A program made the position numbers and the translations under genes. A DNA stretch of 64,000 nucleotides, taken from Minisyncoccota bacterium (GTDB lineage Bacteria > Patescibacteriota > Minisyncoccia > Phycocordibacterales > Phycocordibacteraceae). A model generated the notes under the pieces. That model worked only from the letters and a program-made list of their open reading frames with translations. It was not told the DNA's origin and made no database searches. Positions 43,400-52,232 of the stretch are shown piece by piece. The stretch lies in NCBI GenBank assembly GCA_041664265.1, contig JBAYLD010000004.1, forward strand, positions 33,470 to 97,469, given 5' to 3'. Position 1 is the stretch's first letter, and each line of letters starts with the position of its first letter.

Positions 43400-45334
43400 T
43401 CATGTCAGTGCATCGATTATGTGCTTGAGCGACGCGGTCGCGACGCCAAGCACCTTGTCGGCGGCACCGTAATAGAGATAGAGCGTGTCGCCTCGGGTAA
43501 CCGCACCGCAGGAGAAGACGACGTTTGCGATCGTGCCCTCGCGCTCATACTGTTCAAGGGGCTCAAAGATGTGGTCGGCAGTGCGTGCGAGCACGGAGGT
43601 GCCTGAAGGGTCTAAAAGTACGGCACCGAGGCGATACTTTGCGTGATGAGAGACGCCGTGATAAATCATTAGCCATTTGCCGTCCGCAACTTTAATCGGC
43701 GGCGCCGCGCCGCCGACCTTCACACCGTCCCACATGCCGCGGCGCGGCGCGATGATCTCTATGCAGCGACTCACGCGCTTGCCGGATGAGAGGTCGGGTA
43801 AGAGATCGGCGCAGATCTGGCCGTTCACGCGGTGATAGAGCAGATAGTTCCCGTCGATCTTCTCTGGCAGGAGCGCGAGATCCTTATCATCGACACCGTC
43901 GGGCGTGAGGAGGAGTGGCACACTCCACTTCTCCCATCGACGCGCAAGAAAGTCGGGAACGCTGATCGAGGAGATCGCTCCCGCCGGCGGATGCACGCCG
44001 TCATAGGCGGTGTAGGTCATGTGGAGAGAGTCGCCGATGCGCACGATACGCGGATCCTCGCAGCCGGAGTTACCGGTCGAGCTGCCTTTTTTCATTTCAA
44101 AATCAACACGCGGTATGTAGATCGGCTCCGGCAAACGCTCATCGATCGTGAGGCCGTCCTTCGAGATCGCGAGCCCGATGGTCGACGTGTTCGCGGCGTC
44201 CATCGCGCGATAGAGGATGTAGACCGAACCATCGAGATCGATCGTAGCGGCGTTCATCACTTCGCTGCTTTCGAATCCGCCTCCTCGCGGAGCGAGGATA
44301 GGGTTATGTGGAGAACGGGTGAAGGTGCGTGCCGGTCGCGTGGGGTCGAGTGCACGCAGGAGATCGTGCAGCTTCACGCTCGCCTTGGCGCAAACGGTGT
44401 CGGCCGCGCCATACCAAATATCGAGCATGCCGTCTTCGCCAATGGTCGCGCTCGTAGGGAAGACGATGTCGGGCACCACGCCGTACGCCTCATATATTTC
44501 TTCAGGCACCAGGAGAGACTCGGTGCGGTGGATAATCTTTGTCGGGTCATCACGATCTAAGAGCGCTGCTTCAACGGAGAATATCCGGTCGTCGCCGCTA
44601 AAATAATTTTCAATATACGAATAGAAGATGAGCCAACCGCGGTCGGTGAGGACCGGGACGCTGCCGACTTCAACATGGTCGTTGTCGCTGCGCTTAAACG
44701 GGAGCTTGTGCGACTGCCAATCTGCATACCATGCTGCCCAGAACGCGGGGGACCAGAAGTCCTCAATGTGGTCGGCGAGGACTAAGCATATCTCGGCGGG
44801 GGGGTCATCGGTATGGACGGTGAGCAGGGCCGCAACCTTCCCGCCCACACGCTCGGGGAAGATCGCAAACGCTTTTGCGTTAAACGGCGTCGCGAGATGT
44901 CGGTCGGTAAAGTTCTCTCCATCCCGTGCGACGGCGATGCCGACTTTAATATTGTCTTTTGAGAAAGGGAACCCGCCGAGTGCGGTATAGGTGAGGTACG
45001 TCACGCCCTCAAAGACTGTTGCACGCGGGTCTTCACAGCCGAAGGCCTCCCATGGTTCTTTAGGAGCAATCACTTGCCTCTGCAGGTTGAAGTGGATCCC
45101 GTCTTCAGAAAATGCTTCGCCGATGGTTGATTGTCCGGCATAGGGCGCAATAAGTGCTGCGGGGTGCGAGAGTGCGCGATAATACATTCGCCAACCACCC
45201 TTCTCGCGCTTGCCTCCCGTGGTTTCAACGAAGGAGGGGATGACTGAAGGATTGAAGGTCGCGAGCGCTTCCCAAGGGTGTTCGCGGTTGGGTGAGAGAA
45301 TGGGATTATGAGGCTCTCGGCGGATGACAAACAT
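43400..45334 (-). CDS. Tandem double GH130 (DUF377) beta-mannoside phosphorylase-like protein
   Basis: Two copies of the FNP...GCEDPR...Y..YHR...YGAAD module in one 644-aa protein. Confidence 0.75.
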   Translation of the reverse strand: MFVIRREPHNPILSPNREHPWEALATFNPSVIPSFVETTGGKREKGGWRMYYRALSHPAALIAPYAGQSTIGEAFSEDGIHFNLQRQVIAPKEPWEAFGCEDPRATVFEGVTYLTYTALGGFPFSKDNIKVGIAVARDGENFTDRHLATPFNAKAFAIFPERVGGKVAALLTVHTDDPPAEICLVLADHIEDFWSPAFWAAWYADWQSHKLPFKRSDNDHVEVGSVPVLTDRGWLIFYSYIENYFSGDDRIFSVEAALLDRDDPTKIIHRTESLLVPEEIYEAYGVVPDIVFPTSATIGEDGMLDIWYGAADTVCAKASVKLHDLLRALDPTRPARTFTRSPHNPILAPRGGGFESSEVMNAATIDLDGSVYILYRAMDAANTSTIGLAISKDGLTIDERLPEPIYIPRVDFEMKKGSSTGNSGCEDPRIVRIGDSLHMTYTAYDGVHPPAGAISSISVPDFLARRWEKWSVPLLLTPDGVDDKDLALLPEKIDGNYLLYHRVNGQICADLLPDLSSGKRVSRCIEIIAPRRGMWDGVKVGGAAPPIKVADGKWLMIYHGVSHHAKYRLGAVLLDPSGTSVLARTADHIFEPLEQYEREGTIANVVFSCGAVTRGDTLYLYYGAADKVLGVATASLKHIIDALT

Positions 45335-45337
45335 ATA

Positions 45338-46489
45338 TTAGGTTGTTTGTGCCGGTATGGTCACCAGAGAAGTTTGGCTCCCCTCAATCAAGGCATCGAG
45401 GAAGGCGTCCAAGGGCGCGGTCGCGACGCAGACGACCTTGTCGGCGCCGCCGTAGTAGATGAAAAGGGTGCCGTTTTGTACCGTCGCGCCGCAAGCGTAG
45501 ACAACGCCCGGTTTGCCCTCATTCTCGTAACGTTCGTCCGGGGAGATGATGGGAGCAGCAGAACGGTGAAGTACGTGTGTCGGATCGTTGAGATCGAGCA
45601 GCATCGCGCCGAGCTTGTAGCGATTTGGTTCGCAGCTATCAACCGCGTGATAGAAGAGGAGCCAGCCGTGTGGAGTCTTGATGGGTGGCGGTCCCGCACC
45701 GCGAACAAACGTGTCCCAACAATGTTCTCTTACCGGGAGACTGCCACGCGCGCCGACCCAACTGTCGATCAGAGGTTCTTCAGTGCCGATGTCTTCAATT
45801 GAGTCGCGATAGGCAATGTCTATTTTCGGCGTGATGCTGTGCAGGATAGCGAATCTCCCGTTTATTTTTTCTGGGAACAGGACCCAATTTTTGTGTACCT
45901 GCTTCGGCTGGGAGAGGAGATAGGGCCCGTCCCACTTCTCAAACCGGTGCGCGACCAAATCGTCCTCCGCAATTGAGATAGCGGCGACGCGTATGAAGTC
46001 CCATCCGTCAAATATATTGAACGTGATATAGACTCGTCCGTCGAGAAGCACCATGCGCGGATCCTCGCATCCGCCCCAACTGCCGCCCGAGGGATATAAG
46101 ACGGGAGAATAGCGGCGGATGCCGTTTGAAGAGGCACGCGGATTTTGCGCAACGAAGGCGGGATAGGGCCAGAGCGTATCAAAGACGATGCCGTCGGCGC
46201 TGCTCGCATAGCCAAGCCGCGAGATGCCGTCAGTGCCGATGGCGCGATAGATGAGGTGCGTGCGGCCATTGATAATCGCAGCCGCCGGATTCAAGACCGC
46301 CTCGGCAGTCCACGGGTGTTTGCCCGGTTTTAGGATCGGGTTACCGAGGTGTTTGTCGAGTACGAGGTGTCGTAGGAGCGTCGCGACTTTTTCACGCAGC
46401 GGCCGAGAGAATGCAATGCCGAGAATCGCTCCGACGACAAAGAGAGAAAAGAGCAGTGCGACGATATTCACAAAAAATAAGAAGCTCAT
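45338..46489 (-). CDS. GH130 (DUF377) family protein, membrane-anchored
   Basis: N-terminal TM helix, then GCEDPRMV, LLFYHAV and YYGGADKV. Confidence 0.75.
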   Translation of the reverse strand: MSFLFFVNIVALLFSLFVVGAILGIAFSRPLREKVATLLRHLVLDKHLGNPILKPGKHPWTAEAVLNPAAAIINGRTHLIYRAIGTDGISRLGYASSADGIVFDTLWPYPAFVAQNPRASSNGIRRYSPVLYPSGGSWGGCEDPRMVLLDGRVYITFNIFDGWDFIRVAAISIAEDDLVAHRFEKWDGPYLLSQPKQVHKNWVLFPEKINGRFAILHSITPKIDIAYRDSIEDIGTEEPLIDSWVGARGSLPVREHCWDTFVRGAGPPPIKTPHGWLLFYHAVDSCEPNRYKLGAMLLDLNDPTHVLHRSAAPIISPDERYENEGKPGVVYACGATVQNGTLFIYYGGADKVVCVATAPLDAFLDALIEGSQTSLVTIPAQTT

Positions 46490-46544
46490 AGCTTTAATAA
46501 CAATAGCATTCGCATGGCGGTTTGAAGCGTGGTATATTCAGCAC

Positions 46545-46919
46545 ATGTTGGTAAATGTCTGTATCGCGAAGCTGCACCGCGCGACGGTGACCGACGCCGA
46601 TCTCAATTATGTCGGCTCGATCACGATCGACGAAACGCTCCTCGAAGCGGCAGGGCTCGTGCCCGGGCAGATGGTGCAGATTACAAATGTGAGTAACGCC
46701 GTCCTCTGGCGCACCTATATCGTGAAGGGCGACAAGGGGAAGGGCGAGATCGTCTTAAACGGCCCGCCGGCGCGCCTCTTCCAAAAGGGCGACAAGGTCA
46801 TCATCCTCGGCGAGGGTTGGGTCGAGGCGGCGGAGGCTGCGAAGATGAGCCCCACGGTCGTCTTCATGGATGACCAGAATCAGATTACTGAGGTAAAAAA
46901 AGGCTGGCGCCCAAGTTAG
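46545..46919 (+). CDS. panD: Aspartate 1-decarboxylase
   Basis: MLVNVCIAKLHRATVTDADLNYVGSITIDE is strongly PanD-like (pyruvoyl Gly-Ser site). Confidence 0.8.
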   Translation: MLVNVCIAKLHRATVTDADLNYVGSITIDETLLEAAGLVPGQMVQITNVSNAVLWRTYIVKGDKGKGEIVLNGPPARLFQKGDKVIILGEGWVEAAEAAKMSPTVVFMDDQNQITEVKKGWRPS

Positions 46920-46960
46920 GACATCCGATGTCCTAATTGCACGTGGACATCGGATGTCCA
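46916..46960. repeat. Second locus of the tandem-hairpin element: ttaggacat-ccg-atgtcctaa followed by tggacat-cgg-atgtcca. The first hairpin overlaps the panD stop.
   Basis: The first hairpin is identical to the copy at 16239..16259. Confidence 0.8.
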
Positions 46961-47069
46961 AATGCAGGTTGCAAAAGTAGGATTAGAGCGTACGCTTCTC
47001 TCCGGAAGCCCTTCTTAGGTGTAAGGGCGATTTTGATTTTTAACTCACTAAAAGAAGGAGGAAGAGAGA

Positions 47070-48122
47070 ATGGATAGATATTATCTGCAACGTTGGACGA
47101 AATGGCCGTTACCGGTCATACCAGTTCCGGAGAAACTAAACCCTTTCAAAGCGGATAAGGTGGATCTCTCGATCGTGCTCACCTGTCACTTGCCGTATGA
47201 AAACATCAAGTTTTTCACGGTTTTAGGTATGCTGCTGGGAGCCCAGGCCGTAGGAGCGCTCAAAGGAGTGCATACGCTCGTAGAGGCTACCTCTGGCAAC
47301 ACAGGCGTAGTGCTCGCGGCGATGGCAAAGTCCTTCGAAATATCGAAGGTGAAGCTGGTCGTTGCACCCGATCTACCGGATGGGAAGCGGTACCCCTTTC
47401 TTCTCGCGGGAGCCGAGACCATCCCTCCGGAAGAAGGGTTAAGCCCTATCGGCACGGCGCGCAAGCTGGGAGGCGGCGGGTGGCGAGAGGAGGATTGGCA
47501 TGCCGACAACGGCATCTTAAATCTCGACCAGTACGCAAACCCGTACGGCACTGAGCCGCATCGAGACTTCATGGCTTCAAAGATTCTGGATCAGGTCGCG
47601 TACCCGCCGACGGTCTTTGTGGCCGGAGTCGGGACGGGCGGAACTCTCGTGGGGGTGAGCAAACATCTCCGCGACAGGAGAGAAAACATTACCATCGTCG
47701 GGGTGCTTCTGAAAAAAGGGGATGAAATCCCGGGTGTGCGTGATTTGGCTCGCATGAAAGAGATTACGCTCCCGTGGCATGAGTCGCTGGATGAGTTTGT
47801 CGAGGTCGAGTCGCGGCCGTCCTACCTCGCGGCACTCTGGTTTAACTGGGTCATGAGTATAACGCCCGGACCCAGCTCCGGCTTCGCCTACCTCGGCGCG
47901 TTGAAGTATCTCGCCTTGCAGAAAATGAACGGGAAGCTCGACTCCCTTCGTGATGATCGAGGAAGAGTCCACGCTGTGATTCTGTTCCCGGACGGAAATC
48001 GCCCCTACGGAGACCGCTTCATGGCGAACCTTCCTTCGGATTATCTGAAGGCGTCTACGGCGCCCATGCCGTGGTGTTTCCCTGGGCATGAACTCATGCC
48101 GGCACCTTTAGGTATTCTCTGA
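47070..48122 (+). CDS. Divergent fold-type II PLP-dependent enzyme, cysteine synthase / Trp-synthase-beta-like
   Basis: TSGNTGVVLA and GVGTGGTLVG glycine-rich loops. The canonical N-terminal Lys motif is unclear. Confidence 0.55.
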   Translation: MDRYYLQRWTKWPLPVIPVPEKLNPFKADKVDLSIVLTCHLPYENIKFFTVLGMLLGAQAVGALKGVHTLVEATSGNTGVVLAAMAKSFEISKVKLVVAPDLPDGKRYPFLLAGAETIPPEEGLSPIGTARKLGGGGWREEDWHADNGILNLDQYANPYGTEPHRDFMASKILDQVAYPPTVFVAGVGTGGTLVGVSKHLRDRRENITIVGVLLKKGDEIPGVRDLARMKEITLPWHESLDEFVEVESRPSYLAALWFNWVMSITPGPSSGFAYLGALKYLALQKMNGKLDSLRDDRGRVHAVILFPDGNRPYGDRFMANLPSDYLKASTAPMPWCFPGHELMPAPLGIL

Positions 48123-48142
48123 ATTGAAGAATCTTCTCAATC

Positions 48143-48176
48143 CCCGGCCGCTAGCGGCCGGGGATTTGCTCTTTTT
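48143..48176 (+). terminator. Rho-independent terminator ccccggccgc-ta-gcggccgggg followed by atttgctcttttt
   Basis: A 10-bp GC stem followed by a T-rich tract. Confidence 0.75.
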
Positions 48177-48256
48177 CACCCTATTGACATGGGAATGTCA
48201 ATATGCTAGGATACAAATAACGAGGTAGCTATTGGCTATTTCGACAACTACATTCA

Positions 48257-48826
48257 ATGCTAAACATAGGAGCCTTAATGGGCTTTTTCCTTTTTTCAGG
48301 CGCCACCATGGCAGTGCCCGCATCAGCGAGCGCGCCAGAGGTGCCTCCCTTACCTACGCATAAGGTAACGCTCACGGCCTATAACGCTGTGCCGGAGCAG
48401 ACCGACAGCGACCCATTGGTGACTGCCTCGGGCGCCTATTCAAATCCTGAAATCGTCGCGGCTCGCTCGCAGGATCTCGCGAAGGATCTCCCCTTCGGTA
48501 CCATCATCGAGATTGATGGCCCTGCAACATCAGGGAACTCGTGCGGCTTCGGCATTGTCGAACCGATTATCGGCTATCGCATCATCGCGGATACCATGAA
48601 CGCGCGGTACACCGATCGCATTGACGTTCTCTTTGATACCGAGTCAAACTACACGCTCGCCAATGGCAAGGTGAAGAATGCGGGTATGGTGCTTGGCATC
48701 TGTAACGGCGCCACCGTTCGCGTGGTTGGCTTTGTCGATATTAAAAATCCGAAACGCCTCCCGAAGACACAAGCTGAGCTTGTCGCGCTCGTCCGTGGAG
48801 CGAGCAAGACGATCGCGCTCAAGTGA
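48257..48826 (+). CDS. Secreted 3D-domain (MltA/YocH-like) protein
   Basis: Signal peptide. KVTLTAYNAVPEQTDSDPLVTASGA...GTIIEI matches the 3D domain. Confidence 0.6.
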   Translation: MLNIGALMGFFLFSGATMAVPASASAPEVPPLPTHKVTLTAYNAVPEQTDSDPLVTASGAYSNPEIVAARSQDLAKDLPFGTIIEIDGPATSGNSCGFGIVEPIIGYRIIADTMNARYTDRIDVLFDTESNYTLANGKVKNAGMVLGICNGATVRVVGFVDIKNPKRLPKTQAELVALVRGASKTIALK

Positions 48827-48840
48827 TAGACTAGAGGCGT

Positions 48841-49521
48841 ATGAAGCGTCTCACCCTGAAGGAGTCGGGACTGACCAAAAAAGAATACGAGGTATTGAAA
48901 CGTCTCTCAACCCCGATCAAGATACAAGACTTCCTCGACACGCTCGCGTTCAATTGGGAGAAGGGAGGCGATACACATCGATCGCCACGCTATGTGTTAA
49001 AAGAGAAGAAGGCACACTGCATCGAAGGCGCGCTCTTCGCCGCCGCTGCGCTCTGGGTGCATGGCGAGCCGCCGCTTCTTATGAATCTCTCGCCGCGTTA
49101 TGGTCGCGGTGACTTCGATCATGTGGTCGCGCTCTATAAGCGCGGGGGGATGTGGGGCGCAGTGAGCAAGACGAACCACGCGTGCTTGCGCTTCCGCGAC
49201 CCGATCTATCGCACGCCGCGCGAGCTCGCGCTCTCCTATTTCCACGAGTGGTTCATCAACGAAACAGCCGAGAAGGTGCTCGAGCAATATTCAAAGCCGC
49301 TTGATTTGCGCCGCATCGGCGTCCCGTCGGGGGCAGGCCGATTCGGCACTGATTGGCTCACCACCGAAAAAGACTTATGGGAGATCGCCGATGCGCTCGA
49401 CGAGCAGCCCTATTACCAACTCGTGCCAAAAGGGAATTGGAAATATGTACGCAAAGCCGACCCTATGGAGCTCAAGGCCGGTACTCTCATCGAGTGGCCT
49501 CGCTCTCACCCTCGCGCCTGA
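48841..49521 (+). CDS. Hypothetical protein, possibly a papain-like or C39-like cysteine peptidase
   Basis: A Cys...His...Asp pattern (KAHCIEGALFAAAAL...GDFDHVVALY). Weak. Confidence 0.35.
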   Translation: MKRLTLKESGLTKKEYEVLKRLSTPIKIQDFLDTLAFNWEKGGDTHRSPRYVLKEKKAHCIEGALFAAAALWVHGEPPLLMNLSPRYGRGDFDHVVALYKRGGMWGAVSKTNHACLRFRDPIYRTPRELALSYFHEWFINETAEKVLEQYSKPLDLRRIGVPSGAGRFGTDWLTTEKDLWEIADALDEQPYYQLVPKGNWKYVRKADPMELKAGTLIEWPRSHPRA

Positions 49522-49591
49522 AATGTCCAATAAAAATATCAAGGTCTCGCCTTGATAAACATGTCGGGACGTTTAACGTCCCGACATGGGC

Positions 49592-50305
49592 TTATACTTT
49601 GCGGATGATGAGGAAGGGGGTCATCTCGCTGTCTTGGCCGGCGGGGTTGTCGATGAAGAGCTCCTGGATAAACTTCTCGCTGATGGCTCGCGTTGACTTG
49701 CCGAGCGAGAAGGCACCGCGATAGTTGGCGTCGATAATGACCGCTTCGACGCCGAAGCGTTCTTTAATCTGTCGCGCGACGCCGTTTGGATCCGCGGGCG
49801 CCTTCTTCGCATATTCTTGATAAGGTTCAATCGTCCACGACATCGGGCAGTCGATCGACTTGGCCTGCTTGCCGACCAGATAATAGAATGCGCCCTTGAT
49901 GCCGAGCGGGCGCGTGAGAGCGGCGACAGCTGCCGCAAAGAGCGTACGCAGATAGCCCGCCTCCTCGATGAGGAGCTGCATCGCCGGCGCGGTGCCGTGC
50001 CCAAGACCGCGAAATTGCGGCGTCCCAACATGGTTCTTTACTCGCTTCGCGAGGAATCGCGCGAGCCGCGAGGTCACGACCTCGTCGCTGCGGATAATGC
50101 GGCTCTGCGCCACGCAGACAACCTTTTCGCTCACAAAGAGCATATCGCCCGGCGCAAGATGCGGGGCGGCATATTCTTCAAGGAGCGCGAGCAGATCATC
50201 GCCGCTCTCGATAAGTCGCGTCTTGATCGGGAGTCGTAGATAGCGCTCGCCCGCAGCAACGCCCTCAAGCTTCTTCCCGGTGTTTGGTTCTATAGTTGTA
50301 GACAT
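49592..50305 (-). CDS. CofE-like (F420-0:gamma-glutamyl ligase family) protein
   Basis: COG1478-like motifs such as LFVSEKVVCVAQSR. ATG at 50305. Confidence 0.45.
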   Translation of the reverse strand: MSTTIEPNTGKKLEGVAAGERYLRLPIKTRLIESGDDLLALLEEYAAPHLAPGDMLFVSEKVVCVAQSRIIRSDEVVTSRLARFLAKRVKNHVGTPQFRGLGHGTAPAMQLLIEEAGYLRTLFAAAVAALTRPLGIKGAFYYLVGKQAKSIDCPMSWTIEPYQEYAKKAPADPNGVARQIKERFGVEAVIIDANYRGAFSLGKSTRAISEKFIQELFIDNPAGQDSEMTPFLIIRKV

Positions 50306-50333
50306 GTTCACATAACTATACCAGCTCTGTATA

Positions 50334-50367
50334 CAAGGAGACACCTCGCGGCGAGGAGTCACCTTGT
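50334..50367. repeat. PAL-A2 variant: caaggagacacctcgc-g-gcgaggagtcaccttg
   Basis: Shares the ACACCTCGCGGCGAGG centre with the 33104 and 36241 copies. It sits in a divergent intergenic region. Confidence 0.65.
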
Positions 50368-50384
50368 GCTACACTATTTCGCAT

Positions 50385-50774
50385 ATGAAAGGATACATAA
50401 CGAACATAGAACAGGCGACGAAGGAGAATACCGATTATCGACGCGTGCTCTACACAGCGAAGCATCATCAGCTGGTGTTGATGAGCCTCGCCGCCGGTGA
50501 GGAGATCGGCGAAGAGGTACATGAGCTCGACCAGTTTTTCAGATTTGAAGCAGGAGAAGGGAAGGTAGTTATTGATGGCGTAGAGCACACGGTGAAGGAT
50601 GGCGATGCGGTGATAGTGCCGGAAGGGGCGCGACATAATGTCGTCAACATCGGGAGCGGGACGCTCAAACTCTACACCATCTACGCTCCGCCTAATCATA
50701 AAGACGGCACTGTGCATGCAACGAAGGCGGACGAAAGCGAAGAGCACTTCGACGGCACAACGACTGAGAGCTAG
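50385..50774 (+). CDS. Cupin-domain protein
   Basis: Cupin motifs, including G(X)5HXH-like EEVHELDQFF. Confidence 0.65.
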   Translation: MKGYITNIEQATKENTDYRRVLYTAKHHQLVLMSLAAGEEIGEEVHELDQFFRFEAGEGKVVIDGVEHTVKDGDAVIVPEGARHNVVNIGSGTLKLYTIYAPPNHKDGTVHATKADESEEHFDGTTTES

Positions 50775-50784
50775 AAGAGAACGT

Positions 50785-51189
50785 ATGGCTAAAAAAAAGA
50801 AACCGGCGTATCCGGAGGGTGTCGTAGTAAAAAAATCGAGCGCGGGTCTCGGGCTCTTCGCCACGCGCCCGTATAAGAAGGGCGAACGCATCATCGAATA
50901 TTTTGGCCGCATCATCGCGCCCGAAGAGGAGTACACGAGCCGGAGCAAGTATCTCTTTGAGGTGAATAGCAAGAAGACGATCGATGGCACGACACGCGAA
51001 AATATCGCGCGCTATATCAACCACTCCTGTCGTCCCAACTGCGAACCGAATATCATAAAAGGGCGCGTCTTCATCGACACGATGAAAAATATCAAAGCAG
51101 GAGAAGAGTTTACGTATGATTATGGCAAGGAATATTTTGACGAGCACATCAAGCCCTTCGGTTGCCGTTGCAGCAAATGCAATAAATAA
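50785..51189 (+). CDS. SET-domain protein, putative protein lysine methyltransferase
   Basis: NHSCRPNC, the EEFTYDYG (ELTYDY-like) motif and a post-SET CRCSKC. Confidence 0.75.
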   Translation: MAKKKKPAYPEGVVVKKSSAGLGLFATRPYKKGERIIEYFGRIIAPEEEYTSRSKYLFEVNSKKTIDGTTRENIARYINHSCRPNCEPNIIKGRVFIDTMKNIKAGEEFTYDYGKEYFDEHIKPFGCRCSKCNK

Positions 51190-51190
51190 C

Positions 51191-51225
51191 AAAACGCCCC
51201 GCTTTTAGCGGGGCGTTTTGTCTGA
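51191..51225. terminator. Bidirectional Rho-independent terminator aaaacgccccgc-tttta-gcggggcgtttt
   Basis: A perfect 12-bp stem with A/T tracts on both sides, between convergent genes. Confidence 0.8.
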
Positions 51226-51231
51226 TCTAAT

Positions 51232-51441
51232 TTAGATCTTGTTGACGTTGACGGCGTTCGGACCCTTTTCGCTGTCGCCGACCTCGAATGAGACCTTGTC
51301 TCCCTCGCGAAGCTCGTCGAACGAAATGTTCTTGAGCTCGTTCGCGTGGAAGAAGAGATCCTTCTCGCGGCCTTCAACCTTGATGAAGCCGAAGTACTTC
51401 TCCGCAACTTTCTTTGCGACGATTCCTGTTTCTTCTTGCAT
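51232..51441 (-). CDS. cspA: Cold-shock protein
   Basis: KYFGFIKVEG..DLFFH RNP motifs. Confidence 0.9.
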   Translation of the reverse strand: MQEETGIVAKKVAEKYFGFIKVEGREKDLFFHANELKNISFDELREGDKVSFEVGDSEKGPNAVNVNKI

Positions 51442-51563
51442 ATACGATAGATAGAATGTGTGGCTAAAATATCAAATCAGTAGCCGAAGAGAGAAGCTCG
51501 ATCCCGACTTCTATTGGATCCAGCGCTGGTTGATAGCTCTATGATACCATAGATATCATTCGT

Positions 51564-52232
51564 ATGGAACAGCCAGCATTGTTCACCGTGAAGCACCTCT
51601 TTGGCCCGGAGTGGCTGCGCTCCCTCGTCAACGCGGGCATCTTGCTTGGCCTCGCGTTCATTGTCGAGCATTTCGCCGTCGTGTATGCGTTTGAATATGT
51701 GGCGCGCCCGACCACCACCCACGTCGGGGACCTCTTCTTGGATAATCTCCCTATCGTTGATTTGAATTTTATCATCATCGAGATAGCGCTCCTCGCTATC
51801 GTCGTCGGGACGGCGTTTGTCGTGTTCTTCCGTCCTCGGTATATCCTCTTTACGCTCAAGTCCCTCGCACTCTTTATAGCGATTCGGGCGCTCTTCATGT
51901 CGCTCACGCATGTGGGCATACATCCGGGCAATATCGCGCCGGGGTCAGGAGTATTTGATTCCGTGTATTCCTACTTCAATTTCCAAACAGGACTATTCTT
52001 CTCGGGGCATACGGGTATGCCGTTCCTTATGGCGCTTATCTTCTGGCGGACACCGCGTACGCGGAACATTTTCTTGCTGCTATCCTTTATTTTTGCGATT
52101 GCCGTACTGCTCGCGCACATCCATTATTCGATAGACGTGCTCGCAGCGCCTTTTATCGCGTATGGCATATTCAAGATCGCGCACTATCTCTTCTTGCGGG
52201 ATTACAAGCTTATTGAGGCAGGGCATGTTTAA
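51564..52232 (+). CDS. PAP2-superfamily membrane protein
   Basis: FSGHT and HYSIDV motifs across six TM helices. Confidence 0.6.
   Translation: MEQPALFTVKHLFGPEWLRSLVNAGILLGLAFIVEHFAVVYAFEYVARPTTTHVGDLFLDNLPIVDLNFIIIEIALLAIVVGTAFVVFFRPRYILFTLKSLALFIAIRALFMSLTHVGIHPGNIAPGSGVFDSVYSYFNFQTGLFFSGHTGMPFLMALIFWRTPRTRNIFLLLSFIFAIAVLLAHIHYSIDVLAAPFIAYGIFKIAHYLFLRDYKLIEAGHV

Noticed and set aside
48678-49112. ORF 48678..49112 (+) overlapping the 3D-domain gene end and the C39-like gene start
   Set aside because: It lies out of frame with two better-supported genes and is Arg-rich.
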